A stretch of DNA of 64,000 nt from the human T2T-CHM13v2.0 reference genome, Homo sapiens. Positions 37,299-51,772 of the stretch are shown here, one piece after another. Location: assembly GCF_009914755.1 (NCBI RefSeq), contig NC_060928.1, one strand, 5' to 3'. Position 1 is the first letter of the stretch. Each line of letters opens with the position of its first letter. The position numbers and the translations under genes are program-made. The notes under the pieces were generated by a model. It did no database searches, had not been told where the DNA came from, and saw only the letters and a list, made by a program, of their open reading frames with translations.

Positions 37299-37507
37299 CA
37301 GTGCTGTCTCACAGAATGTTCTGTGGTGATGGAAATGTTTTACGTCTTTGCTGCCCAGTACTGCAGCCACTAGCCACATATGGTTATGGGGCATTTATAA
37401 TGGGGCTAGTGTGACTGAGGAGCTGAATTTGTAATTTTATTTGACTTTAATTAATTCATATTTAAATAGCTATACGTGGTTGGTAGCTACCCTGTTGGAA
37501 GGCCCAG
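37299..37507. mobile_element. MER3 (hAT-Charlie)
   Basis: CAGTGCTGTC...GTGATGGAAATGTTTTA...GCAGCCACTAGCCACATATGG...TTTAAATAGCTATACGTGG. Confidence 0.85.
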
Positions 37508-37956
37508 CTCCAGAGTTAAGATTGTTGAATTATATTCAGATAAAACTGTTCATGGATACTTGCCACTTAGTAATGTTCCTTTTGCCTTAATAAAATCAAT
37601 GTTGGGACTTGCCTAATTTCCCAAAAAGAGTAAATTAACTATTTTCATTACCTCTTTACTTTCAATTCTTCCTGGCATATGGTAGGAAATGAGAGCTCCA
37701 GCTATTTCCCCTGAGAATATTGTTGGCATTTCATGCTATCCCTGAAATTGTCTAGTTGAGCCCCAGGGGCTCTCCTTATGAGTCCCAAACAGATTTAAAA
37801 ATGAAGTCCTTTACTTTCTACTTATAGGAGAACAATGAGCAATAATATACCTCTTACTTTTACATGGCTAAAGAGAGTTTACTAATAATCTATTAACAAT
37901 TATCAGGGCTTACTTTGGGGGATCTGAGGGTGACAGTTATATTCTTGTCCCCACCT

Positions 37957-38685
<729 letters not shown>

Positions 38686-39421
38686 CCCCTCCCAAGTTTG
38701 GAACCAATTGAGAAAGACACAGCCTATTCTAAATTAACAAAGAAAGACCTCAAATGAATTTTAAAAATATCCACTTCATTACTCATGAAAGATAGGTTGA
38801 ATGACAAGATTCAGATGTGTGTATTGGATCCAACTTATGCATCTTTCCAGATTCACTTGGCCACACCTGCTCTCAGTAGACAGCACCACTGTCTCCCCAA
38901 GGCTAATGTCACCTAAGTTAATCAACACCCATTGTTAACACCATTACACATCTTAACCTCCCCCAGGGTAAGGGCTGGCTCTAGCATGACCCAACATGCC
39001 TATCACTGCAAGAGCTACAGGAGCTTTGCCACCAGGCATGGAGGCTCTGGATCCTCCCACCTACTTCTGGACTCAGAGGAAGGGCCATGAAGTGGATCAT
39101 GGAATGTGGCTTCCCCAGCAGCTTCCTGGGAGGAAGGGGAGCTAAGTGACAGCCCAGAAGTGTAGGGGAATTACCACCTCATATAAAAATTGTCTTTCCT
39201 TCATACTAGAAAGACAAGAGATAACATAGGGGTGAAAAACTATCAGATAAACTTTTCTTTCCTCTTCCTCCACGTAGAATCTCCTGAGATGGTTTTTCCA
39301 AACATTCTATTTGGAGACTGTGATGTTTAAATCACTGGCTGTGTTTTCTTGTGAAACTCTGGCCAGGTCAATAATTCACCACCTTGAATTTACTATCCCT
39401 CTTTCTCTGCCTGTGGACTGT

Positions 39422-39967
39422 ATGTAGTAGATTAAAGATGGCTGCAGTTTCTTTGCTATTTCTTCCACTGAGAAGTAGAATCTAATTACCTCTCTCCTTA
39501 AATCTACATCAGCCTTAGAGACTTGCTTGACATATAGAATGCAGCGGAAGTAATATTCTTGGATTTAAGTGGCTAAGTCATAAGAAGCTTTGCAACTTCT
39601 GCCTGATTCTCTTTGGAATACTTTTTTTTGAGACATATCTCTGCGTACTGAATCACCATGCTAACAGAAGCCCAAGCCACATGGAACATTCACATGTCAA
39701 ATAGCCCCAGCTGAGTTCCCAGCCATGAGCCAGCATCAACTACCAGCCTTCCTAGACCAGGTGCCACAGGTGAGTGAAGAAGCCACCTTGATAGTGATCT
39801 TCTAGCTCGGCCACCATAACTGATGGCAAATGGATCGGAGAGATGAACCACCCAGACCAGCCCTTCCTGGATTCCTGACTCATAAAATCAAGGCCAAGAG
39901 AAAATGGTTGTGTTAAACCACTACATTCTCTGGTAGTTTTTTTACATAGCAAGAGAAAACTGGAACT
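39422..39967 (+). mobile_element. MLT1H-like LTR inside the 5' LTR
   Basis: TGTAGTAGATTAAAGATGGCTGCA...CCCAGCTGAGTTCCCAGCC...AAATGGTTGTGTTAAACCACTA. Confidence 0.8.
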
Positions 39968-40619
39968 CTCCTCATTGGGCTGTTCTTAGTGTTTCATAAC
40001 AGTCTATAGAGATTCATCTCATATGATGAAACAACTGGCTGCGTGTTCCTGCGAAGCTATGGCCGGCTCACTAATGGACCACACTGTATTTGCTGTCCCT
40101 CCTTCCCTGCCTCACTTCCCCTTTTGCTTGACTCAGCCCAGCCTGGGATTATACTACCAAAAAATAAAGCATTAGCCACCAAGCTTAGTAAACTTTCTTG
40201 TTTACTAAGAAAGTTAGTACAAGAAGTATCCTAGAAAGGAGGACCTTGGAGTGGGACTTTGAATTTGATGCCCATCTGTCTGAAAACAATCAGATAATTG
40301 GGACAGCAATAGCCTCTAGAAGTGGATACACAGTTGCTAATTCTTTCACCTGTGGTTAACTGGGATGAAGTACAGGTGGAGAGCAAACCTGGAAAATCAC
40401 GGAGCTACCGCCTTTGGTCAGTAAAGGGGTGGCAATTGCAGTGCAGATGAGCTGTTTTTGGGACATTTGAGGCTTTGCTAAAAGAAAATGATACACTCAG
40501 GGCATCTTATTATCAACTTAAGTCATGCAATGAAAGCCAGAGGCTCTGTTTAAATGAGGTGCTTATCTCCTGAAGCTGCACTTAAAATTGGTTTAGGATG
40601 TAATTATAAGGGTGGCAGA

Positions 40620-40656
40620 TATATATATATATATATATATTTAGTTTTTATATATA
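40620..40656 (+). repeat. (TA)n
   Basis: Interrupted TA run. Confidence 0.9.
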
Positions 40657-42212
40657 TAAATAAAACTAAATGTGCAGTCTCAATAGGGACTTGATATTAA
40701 AGTCAGGGTCTTGATAGGGAAGAGTGGAAAATTGAGACCTGGAATGGGGATATTTGTAGGCAAGCCTGGATCTTTCTGACTGACAAAAGAGACTGTTTCC
40801 CCTTGGTAGTGGTAAAGAATCACCCCTTGCCTGGTAAGCATGCAATGATCAAGCTTATGAAGCAGGTGCCCCCAAAATCACACTGATTCTAAACTTTTCC
40901 TCAACACCCACATTAACCTCCTCTCACTGCCTCCAGGCAAATTTTCTTCCTGCTGGGGAATACATAGCCTCTGTGCCAAAGGAAATCTTGACCTTGATGA
41001 AATGTGCTGGCAGAAACTGTGGGAACACCTGTGGGAATGGATCTTGAAGGCATTAGACTGTAGGAGGCACACGGGCTGGATCGGTGAGAACGGATTGACA
41101 TGAACCACTCCACTGTGACAGAGGATTTGGTGTTCTGATAAGGACACCTGGCGCTTGTCCTTACATGCTGCTACAATGATGCCTTCAAGCCTAATCACTA
41201 TGATGGCCTAAAGTGAATGAAGTAGAGATAAGAGAACTTCCTTGACATAGTTTTGAGAAAGGAGGCAGAAGTCTCAAGGAGGTAGGCATGTGAGAACAGA
41301 TTCACTTTGTAAGACCTACCACCTGATTATGTTTCCCATAAGGCTGCCTTCATGAGGCAATAAAGAATGCCATGGGGAAATGGGGTTAGAGTAAGTGGTG
41401 GGACAGCAGCATCTTTGAGAAACCCAGTGGTGGCTGTCCTCTGTAGGCCAGGTTCACAGTAGGAGGTGCTGCTTTGGAATTGGGCCCCCTTTAATTCATG
41501 GTGGTAAAAGGAATGTGGATGATCAAAGACCAGGTGGCAGCCATTAACCATCAAGGAAAAGATAGATCTAATAAGCCTTGTGAACAGCAAGGCCCCAGTT
41601 GAGTGAGTGCCTACTTTCAAGGATGTATTGTAATGGGAAACTGACTGGCGAGGGGCGGGGATGCTTGATTTGGATAACTTAACATCAAGAGCTGTTGCGT
41701 AGAAGGTGATCATTGCCTTCCACAATAGAAAACTGCACTCCATCATTGAGTTTCCAGATCTAAGTCAGTTAACAGACTCAGAGTCCATTGATTGAAGGAG
41801 ATTCTGGATCCCACAGAGGAAGGACCCTGTAATGCCACTGCAAGCATATACAGTAAGTAGTCCTCTGATCCTTCCCCAGAGGGAACCAAAGTAATTTGCC
41901 AGGGTAACTGGACACTAGGGAAAGAGTAAAACTTAGACTTTTTGAGGACTATCAGCTACAGTATATGAGATGATACTGACAAAAGGAGACCTGAAACACC
42001 ATCATATTAGAACAGAGACTTGATTAGAAGAGAGGGTTATGGAGACCAAGTCTGTCTACTAAAGGGTTAAGTGGTTTTGGACACCCACTTTGCAATTATT
42101 TCTCTTGTTCCCAAAAGTATGATGGAGAAGATATACTTAGCTTCTGGCTGCACCCTCAAATCAATTGCCTGTCCTGTGGAGTAAGAGTCATTGTGGTAGG
42201 AAGGGCTAAGTG

Positions 42213-42419
42213 TAGGGTCTCTCAACCTCAGCCCTTTTGACATTTTGAACCAGACAGTTATCTGTTGTGGGGTCATTCTGGGCATTGTAGGATGTTCAAT
42301 AGTATCCCTGGCTACCCACTATATGCCAATAACGACCTTTGTTATGATAACCAAAAATGTTTCTAGACATTGCCCAATGTCCCTAAGAGGGCAAAGTCAC
42401 CCCTGATTGAAAACCACTG
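42213..42419 (-). mobile_element. MER20 inserted in the ERVL pro/pol region
   Basis: CTCAACCTCAGC...AACCAAAAATGTTTCTAGACATTGCCCAATGTCCC...TTGAAAACCACTG. Confidence 0.9.
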
Positions 42420-42759
42420 GCCATGTTTAAGTCTCTAAAATGGCCTCATCTCTTGTCAATTGCAGGAATAATACCACAATCCTTGAAGAATTACAGAGAT
42501 TAACACCCTCACCAAAGATAAAGGGATTCATTTCCCTAATATTCTCTTGATTCAATTCTCTGGACTCTGTAAAAATCAGATGGACCCTGGAGGATGATGC
42601 TGATGTAACCAGAAAACAGACCTAATCAAAGCTACAGTGCCAGATGAGATATCTTTACTATGGCTACCAACCCTCTAACACTGGATATACAGCTATTGAT
42701 ATGGCAAGGATTTTCTTCTTAATAGCTATTAGCAAAAGAAGCAGCTTGTGTTTTTTGGC

Positions 42760-43238
42760 TGTCAAGAAATATTTAAGGTCTAAGGTTTCACCCTATTTAT
42801 AAGCTAACAATAGCCCTCCCACAGTTTCATGGAAGTTTGCAGAAGACATAATAAGATCTTGGGTTAGACACAAACAGCTTTAGCACTCACAGAAAAGGCA
42901 GTAACCAGCGCTTCATGTTCATTTGTATTTGTTCCTTGTATCCTCTAAATCCCACAGAGGGGAGCGATGGTGATGACTCAGGTGGGCCAAGAGGATTCCA
43001 ACTCACCTAGTGTATTGCATTACAACAGAGGGATTCTGAGTTAGGGAATTTACTGCTTTTACTATAAACCTTTGCATTGCCTAGGAGGTTATGCAACTCA
43101 TTTTTCAAGGTTGCTCAATGCAAACACAATCCTGAGAAATCACCTGGGTAAAGAGTGGTCAGAGCCTTGTATTCTTCGCACATCCAGCAACAATGCACAG
43201 GGACACTCAGGGCTCATGAACGGTTCCCACTTTTAGCA
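42760..43238 (-). mobile_element. LTR40-family solo LTR (LTR40c-like) inserted in RT
   Basis: Starts TGTCAAGAA...TTTCACCCTATTTATAAGCTAACAA; similar to 21460-21977. Confidence 0.7.
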
Positions 43239-43242
43239 GTGG

Positions 43243-43520
43243 TGCTATGGACTAAATATTTGTGTTCCCCCCAAAATTAATGTGTTGAAGCTAAAATTCT
43301 CAATGTGATGGTATTTGGAAGTGGGGTCTTTAGGAGGTAATTAGGTCATGGGTTGGAGCCCCCATGAGTGTGATTAATGCTATTAAAAGAAGAGACACTA
43401 GAGCTAATCTCTCTGTCCACTATGTGAGGAGACAGCAAGAAGGTGTCCATCTGCAAACTGGGAAGAAGGCCCTCACCAAGAACTGAATCTGTGGCATCTT
43501 GGTCTTGGACTTCCCAGCCT
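43243..43520 (+). mobile_element. MLT1A0-like LTR, 3' truncated
   Basis: TGCTATGGACTAAATATTTGTGTTCCCCCCAAAATT...GGACTTCCCAGCCTC. Confidence 0.85.
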
Positions 43521-46318
43521 CACCTTCACCGTCTTGCCTCGGTGTTATGTCAGCTCTTGTCTCTGTCATCATATACTTCACAGGAACCATGGCAACCTTG
43601 ACATTACATAGAACTTCATGCTGGTCCACGATATTGAGAAGATTATGCTAATTGGACTTGATCAGTAGGAGATTTCAGGAACCCTATATCTGGCAAGTCA
43701 CATGAATGCCAGAGGTGGGAGATTAATTTCACAGAAGTTGAGGATCTTCTACATTGGTGAAAATTTTAGGAGTCAAGTCACCTGTCAACTTGCCTAAAGC
43801 ACATCAGAACAACCCCTTATAAAATAAAGCAAAAATGGTTGCCCTTTGCATCTCTTACCACCAAGAAAGAGGCACAGTGCATTTTGGCCTTCTTTGGATT
43901 TTAGAGGCAGCTGATATTTCACTTGAGAATATTTCTCTATGGTGAGCTCAATGTGATCAGATTTATAAGTCATAAAGTTGGGCAGAAACATTATTTGATG
44001 GAAATGGTATATTCAGGACTTGGCTCAAGTTAATCCAGAAGATACCACAAATTATGTATACAGGTGACTCAAATCTCATGTCACCTACCTCTTTTGCATC
44101 AGTGGCTGTCCCTAAATTCACACTTATGGCCTCACGGGGAGGGGACTACAACCAGTTGATGGAAGAAGAAAGGATTTGGACTTTGCTCAGAGTTTGGCCC
44201 TTGTGGTCTGGTTGTTCACTGTTCTCAAGTGTAATTTCATGAGGCCCTGCATGGAGCATGCTGTCCTTCCCCAGGCCGTGAGTATAGTATACGTGACTAA
44301 TGAACTGCTGTCAGTTTTATCTGTCCAGCGTTGGGTGTTGTGTTTGGCCACTCCATACACCTAAAGGGGGAATTCCTCTCTCTCCAACAGGGTAAAGAAA
44401 AAGTCAATTAAAACAGTAGGATCAGCTTCTCACACTCTTCAAACCTAGGTTTTCCTGGGTAGGGTCCTGGTTCCAGGAAAGGGAGGTCTTGATTCAGACA
44501 AAACAGTGAAAGTTCCACTAACCTGGAAGCTTCAACTACTCCTTAGCCACTTTTCATACTAGTAGAGTAGCAGGCAAAAAAAAAAAAAAAAAAAAAAAAA
44601 AAGGAGTGGGGCAGGCAGAGGGAGGGAGGGTAACTATATGGGCTGGTAAAACCCCACTCTGATTACTATGAGAAGCTACTGTTACTATTACACCCTGGAA
44701 GCATCCTTTGAATTTGTCTGGAATGGGCCCATAGCTACCTGTCTTGGGGACAACTTTGGGCACACTTCATTTAACATACCCAGGAGATGGGTTTTCCCAG
44801 GGCTAGGCTCGGACACTACTGCCATCATGTGTGCCATGATGAAAGCCACAGCAGTTTGGTGTCTAGGCCAAACTGATGGGACCCACTGAGGACCTAGCTC
44901 TTCCCACCCAGAAGATGTTGGATCTGACTTCCCCCATCAGCTGCCTGGAAGGGCAGGTCATGCAACCCACAAGTGTAAGGGAGTAAATGTCCTATGGGGC
45001 AAATTTTGACCCATGAGAGACAGTATACAGAAATAAGGGGGAGGTGAGCTAGTAACTAATTGTTCTCCCCTCCACACACCGAAGGACTTTTTTGAGATGG
45101 TGGTTGGTTCCACATAGTTGTATGGATATATGGCATGTGACAAGATAACTTGCTGTGGTTTTCTCTTCCTTTGTTTTATCTTTTGCAAAGCTGTGGCCAG
45201 CCTCATAATATATCACTTTATATTTATTCTCCTTCCTTGCCCTCCTCATTTATGTTTTCCCACTCTCTATTGTCCTAAGGTTGCACTCCTTCCCAATAAA
45301 GTTTAGCATGTAAGCTTCATCTTCAGGTTCTGTTTATTGTCTTAACTTATGCTAAATCAATGTGCAGCAACAATGGGTTTCTGAATATTTCGGACAGAAT
45401 AAAATGTACCCACACAATAAAAGGCAGAAGTGGAAAAATACAGTATTTTCAACTGAGACAGGGCACTTTTTGCATGGTGAGTGAGAACAGTAAAACAGAG
45501 AAAAACGTGGTACTCTCAAGATACTTAAATTCTTTTTCCAAACTCACCAATCAAATAAGTTATTTCTCTTCTGACTGGGAAAAGTGAGTGAGAGGCAAGG
45601 ATAGCCCACAGGCTATTCTATTACCTGCCGCCCCAAGGATACATGACCTCAGGGAATTAGTTCTCCTTTCATGGTGACCAGTGTTTGGCATTTATTCCTT
45701 TTGTAATTGTCCCACAGTTTGGGGGGTATTCATCTTTTCAATTATTTTTTCTTTTTGTCTTTCAGATTTGGAAGTTTCTTTTGGCATAGCTTCAAGTTTA
45801 TTGATTCTTTCCTTGGCTGTGTCCAGCCTATTGCTAAGCCTTCCAAAGGCATTCTTCATTACCATTATGGTGATTTTGATTTGCAGCATTTCGTTTTAAT
45901 TCTTCCTTATAATTTCTATCTCTCTACTCACATTACTATCTTTCTGTTTGTTCTTGCATGTTGTCCACTTTTTCTGTTATAGCCCTTAACATGTTAATCA
46001 TAATTGGTTTAAATGCCTGGTCTGATGATTTTACAATCTCTGCTGTATCTAAGTATGGTTCTGATTCTGCTTTATCTCTTCAAACTGTTTTTTGTCTTTT
46101 AGTATGCCTTGTAATTTTTTTTTGTTGAAAGTAGCATGTGATGTAGTGAGTGAAAGAGAATGAAGAGAATAAACTTTTAGTGCAAGGTTTTATGTTTACG
46201 TGGCCAGAGTTAGACTTTGTTTACTGTTTGCTGTAGCTGTAGGTATCAGAGACTAATTTTTTTTCTGGTGGCCTTGTTTTAGTCTCTCCTGTTATCTTTG
46301 GGTTTCTTTAGAGGCTTC

Positions 46319-46629
<311 letters not shown>

Positions 46630-46987
46630 TAAAATAAAGTATGGGAGGTGCAGTTATTTCAGTTGTAATCTCCTGTTATTGTATAGGAGCCTTATTGATG
46701 TGTTGATATGATGTGGGGAAAGGCGAATCATTCTATGGGCCTATGATTAGGTAGCAGTATTTCAGTGAGCCTGTGCCCCTGAACCATGGCCTTCACACAT
46801 GCTTTTCAGTTTTTTTTCTCTTAGATGAGACAGGAAGGCTACAGAGGGTTAGAGTTGGTTATTTTTCTCCCCCCAGGTAAGTTAGGTTCTGGTAGACCCT
46901 ACTTTGGTTAGGCTCTTGTAAACTGGTTTTCCTTGAAGGTAGGTCTTGTTAGGAGGAATAGAGCTCTGGTATATTTCAAAATGACTC

Positions 46988-47342
46988 TAGACTTCCCAGA
47001 CTTACAATGGTTTGACTTACAATTTTTCAACTTTACAATGGTACAAAAAGTATACACATTCAGTAGAAACCATACTTCAAGTATCCATACAAACATTCTA
47101 TTTTTCATTTTCAGTGCAGTATTCAATAAGTTACATGAGATATTCAACATTTAAAAAAATAGGCTTTATGTTAGATAATTTTTCCCAGCTCTAGCCTAAT
47201 GTAAGTGTTCTGAGCATGTTTACGGTAGGCTAGGCTAAGCTATGATGTATGGTAGGTTAGGTATATTAAATGCATTTACGATATTTTCAACTTATGATGG
47301 GTTTATCAAGACATAATCCCATTATAAGTTAAGGAGCATCTG
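46988..47342 (-). mobile_element. MER47A (TcMar-Tigger MITE)
   Basis: GACTTACAATGGTTTGACTTAC...GGTAGGCTAGGCTAAGCTATGATG...AAGTTAAGGAGCATCTG-TA. Confidence 0.85.
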
Positions 47343-48464
47343 TACATGTCCCCTCCTGCTGATGGAAGCACAAATGACTTTTTTGTAACCTTCACTGTAA
47401 GAACCTAATAAGGCTCCTGGAGGTAAAACTCTTGAAAGTGTGGAGGCCCCCTAAGACTGGGCTCCCCCTGGCATTTTTAACTCTCAAGCTGTCCACACGG
47501 GGCCTCTAGCAATTCATCAGTTACCGTTTAGGTTGTCTGGCCCTGGTACTGGTTCCTGTGGAGGTTTCTCCTCCAGTAAACCATGTTTCTCTGAATCCAC
47601 CTATCTCTCCAACTTTTAGGGCAGCGGTTTGCCTTGTGACTTCAATTCTCAGATGGATCTAAAAACAGTTGTTGATTTTTAGTATGTTCAGCTTTTTTCT
47701 TGTACAGATGGGAGAAATGACTTCCAAGCTCCTTACATGTCAGACTGGAAACTGGAGAGCGAGACTTTTCTTTTGCTTGCCATTTATAAACTAAAATTTT
47801 AGGGAAGGTGATTCAGTATTATACTAATAAGGCTGCCTACCATGACCTACAATATTGTGCAATTCTTGCTCTACATGTATAAATATATGCGATTGGTGAA
47901 AAGCAAACAAAAACAAAACCCTGAAAGATAAGAACTGGTATGATATGGGGGCCATGAAGTCTTGTGCTCAGCCTAAGTGGGCCAAAGTTTAAGAGCCACT
48001 ACAGCATATTGTGACCTTGCCACTTAGCCACCTATGTCCCAAGGATATTATTTCTTCCCTTACCTCCACTGAACCTGAAATCTCTCCTACTACCTATCGA
48101 CACTCTTATTAAACCCAAGAGACAACTATAAAACATGCCCTAGCCATGTGCACAGTCTTAAATATTGTGCCAAGTTTCTAGCCAAGTCCTTGTCTCTTCT
48201 CCCACTCCAGTAAAATGTTAAGAAATCCTCCATCTCTTTCCTTTAGAACCCATGAAACAGATAACCTAAGAAATCTGCCTTGTTCTTTTCTCTTGGTCCT
48301 AACTTGGCCCACTTCAATATTCCAGATCTGAGTATTGAAGGCAATCCAGAAGGCAATCCAAGTCTTACCAAGAAAGAGAAAGGAAACTATATATCCTTCC
48401 AAAGGTGCATCCTGTCATCCTTGACACATGGAAGGCAGGCATTGTTAGGGTTCTACTGGGCCAC

Positions 48465-48620
48465 TAGGGTCAATATGTATCATGTGCATCAGAATCATCT
48501 GAGACATCTATTAAAATTACAGATGTCTGGGTGCCTGTCCAAACTCATCAAATCAGAAGTTCTGAAGTTATCATAAGCTCCCCTGATTTTCTTGTGTGCA
48601 TCAAAATTTGAGAGCCACCG
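48465..48620. mobile_element. MER5-type hAT element
   Basis: TGCATCAGAATCATCTGAGA...TTAAAATTACAGATGTCTGGG...AAAATTTGAGAGCCAC. Confidence 0.7.
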
Positions 48621-48929
48621 AGTTAAAGTAGCATGGAGGGTGGGAGGGCAGGCACGAGGAGTAGTAGTCATCATTAAGATTTGAATACATTTTTAAGTCA
48701 AAATCATCAGGAAAGGCTGACTAGCTTATGGTGCTGGGGTCACATGCTTCTTAGAACTTGAAATATGATCCTTCAAGTAACCATGGTATGAAAATAATTT
48801 CTATTACAAACAGTATACCTATTGTGAATAAGGTAATTTTATATATTCTGAAGTACTGCAAATGAAATTATAATGTAAGACACATGACTAATGTGGGTAA
48901 TTATCTGTTTTTGATAATAATACTAGGAG

Positions 48930-49170
48930 TAATACAGCATTCATCGCGTGCTTAACCATGCTTTAGACTGGGTGGTAAGTGGTTTTTATTCACTAGCTCA
49001 ATTAATTCTTACAGAAATCATATCAGGTAGGTAAAGTGATTGTTCCCATTTTATGTGTAAAGAAACTGAGTCCTAAAGAAATTATGTAACTATTCTAAGT
49101 CATATAATTAGCAAGTGGCAGGGATAGACCATAGCCCAGAACTGCCTGCCCAAGCTTATAACCACTGTCT
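48930..49170 (-). mobile_element. MIR
   Basis: TGTTCCCATTTTATGTGTAAAGAAACTGAGTCCTAAAGAAATTATGTAACT. Confidence 0.8.
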
Positions 49171-51741
49171 CACTGCATTAAAATTAATTGCATAATAACA
49201 TATTAAAAAATTACAGTTCTTTGTGATATTGGTCAGTTCTGACCCTTGCCTTGGCTGTTTGGCTCCCTTACATGATAAATCTGAGACTTAATTTTGAGTA
49301 TGTGGATGGCTGAATGTGCCTACATTTAATTAAAGAGCAGTGCATTTAATTGTGCTGGCAAATTTTAAGTGCTTGGCTATCCTGAGTTGGCAAAACCTTC
49401 TAAGTTCTTTAGTTAACCCTCTACTTCCGGAAGTTTTGCTTAACAAGTGAAAGTTTATTTGCGTACTGAGAACCTACCCAGATTTTGAGTATGAGGGTTT
49501 TCCTTGAGAACCACGCACTAGCTGCATTCTCTGATGTAGTGGAAAGCGCTCCTGGGACTCCATGGGAAATGGCCTTCAGAAGGCTCTTTCCAGCCTTTCC
49601 CAGGTACATGGGATTTAGCTGCATAGCAATTATCAGATTACTTGATAAAAATCCTTTTCTGCTCAGTCAGAAGTGAGTAGCAGTTTTAATTAGGGGCTTA
49701 CGACAAGGACATTTGAATATCAGCCTCTGAGAATATAAAGCTCTTTTCAAAACCAGAACCAGTATTTTCTACACAAAATGCTAAACCTTCAAGTTCTCAT
49801 TTGCAAATAAAAGATGGCAAGTTTCTGGCATTTACTTACTGTCATTTATCCTGGCACAATAATCAAGCACCCTGCTAATGACGGTGTGACTGTCAATATC
49901 ACTTTCAAGTTACGAGACCTATTCAGCATAGGATAAAGGGGAGAAAGAAGATGGTCAACAGGCAGTCGGCTTTCATTTTAACACTCCCTGGAGGATTTCC
50001 ATTACCCTTTCAGTGTCATGCCTTACCTTTTTTCCTTCTCAAGGTCAGCTCTGTCTAGACAGTTCCTAGCTTCAACTTCCTGCAGCTAATGCATATCCAC
50101 AATAGGCTTGTGACCACAACCTCACACTGTACCCTTCCACCTGAATTAGGAGAGTCCCTTCTTTTCTGTATTATTGGTGACCTTTCTCTAGGTTAAAAGG
50201 TCTCTTCTGCAGCAGGCAGGTCTGACTTGTTATGGTGATTGCACTGCGGAAAGCTGCTTCCACCTTGTTAGAAGTGACATCACTGTACATTAAAGACATC
50301 ATATCTCCTTTCATATTAAAATGCCTGTCAGTTCTCCTGCTCAAAGGTTGTAAATCTGCCAGAGTAGCCCGAGCTTGGGGAGTTTTCATTATGAAAATAT
50401 GAAGATAAGCACTCTGTTTTACTGTCAAAGGGAAAGAGGTAGACTTCTAGTAATGACATTACTTTAGGAAATAAATATACATTTTCTTAACTGAGTGTTA
50501 TATAAGCAAATTTTGAAAAGATAGCTCTCTCCGTTTTTAAAAAAAGTTTTTAAAATTCAGGCTTAGTAAGCTGACTGCCATAGCTCAGATAGGAAATATA
50601 GCTGGAGTATGATTTATTAATGCATGTATTTCACACTTGCTCTTATAGTAAATCATTAGACATTTTCAATGATTTTAGCCCTTCATTTTCAGTTGTCCAG
50701 TCTAAGAAGTGGCAAAGGAATACTTAACCCGCAATTCACCTTTAGTTCACAAATGAAGCAGTCTTTGTGTTTGAATTTAAGCTTTTTCTTAACAGTTTTT
50801 AAGACTATCACCAAATCATCAATTTATGGAAGAACTTGTTTGACCTGCCTGTCTCATACATGTGTAAATGTAAGGTGAGCATAATGAGTCTTATTCAATG
50901 GAAGATTCAATGGAAGGTGGGAGTCAATTTCTACCTGACCACATAAAAACACAGAAAAATTATTAAGGAGCCTATAATTTCCCCCATATCCAACTGCCTT
51001 TATGTGTTTTCAGGCTTTCAGATTAACCCTTTACAGGCATAGAGACATTTACAGTTTCTGGAAGATCTTACAATGAAAGACCTAAATTAAATTAAATCCT
51101 CAAACACCATTAGACTCAGGGAGTATGAGTGAACATCCATCTGTGAAGCAAATGGGTGATTCTCAATTCAGTCTTTAGGCTCATCCATAAGTTTAATCTT
51201 ACTTCATAGTTTGTGAAGGGGTACTAAGACTTCACGTACTATTATTTCTCTTTGCAGAAGTGACTACCAGAATCAATGTGGGGTCACTCAGGGCATCTCA
51301 TTAAGAGAAAAAAGTAGCACAGCTGTGTTTAGCAGTCAATGTACTCTATAGATTCATAAAGACTCAGATAATTCAGCTTCTCAAAACTGAGAAGATCAAG
51401 AACTTTCCATAGAATGGAATTAACATCTTTTTCATTTTAAAAAAAGGCTAAAATATGCATATTTCTCTGTTTCTGTCACTAAATGACAGAAATGACACAT
51501 TGCTTCCTCTCTTGCTCTGACACAATGCCGTGTAGACTCTACATGATAACCTTCCAGAGTAAACTGTGCAATGATTTTATGTATAGTATTTATCTGTAAT
51601 TCAGCAAGTCCAGTTCCATATGACTTGTAGCTAGAAAGCCACGATGGATTAATGGATTAATTCAAATGAGAATAGCCATAATCACACAAGCTCTGAAAGG
51701 CTTAGACATTTGAGGAAATATGGAAATATCCAATTTCCATG

Positions 51742-51772
<31 letters not shown>

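Larger units (their letters stand above)
39030..45360 (+). mobile_element. Ancient ERVL-class provirus with LTR16-family-like 5' LTR (about 39030-40210) and 3' LTR (about 44800-45360)
   Basis: Two related LTRs sharing CTTCCCC..CAGC...AAGTGTA.GGGA and GCT.TGGCC.GC...AATAAAG..TTAGC; RT remnants KSDGPWRM (about 42572), AIDMA (about 42692) and LVHDIEKIMLIG (degenerate YIDD, about 43621). Confidence 0.7.

Noticed and set aside
48338-48361. 12-bp tandem duplications (also near 50893)
   Set aside because: Ordinary slippage-scale events
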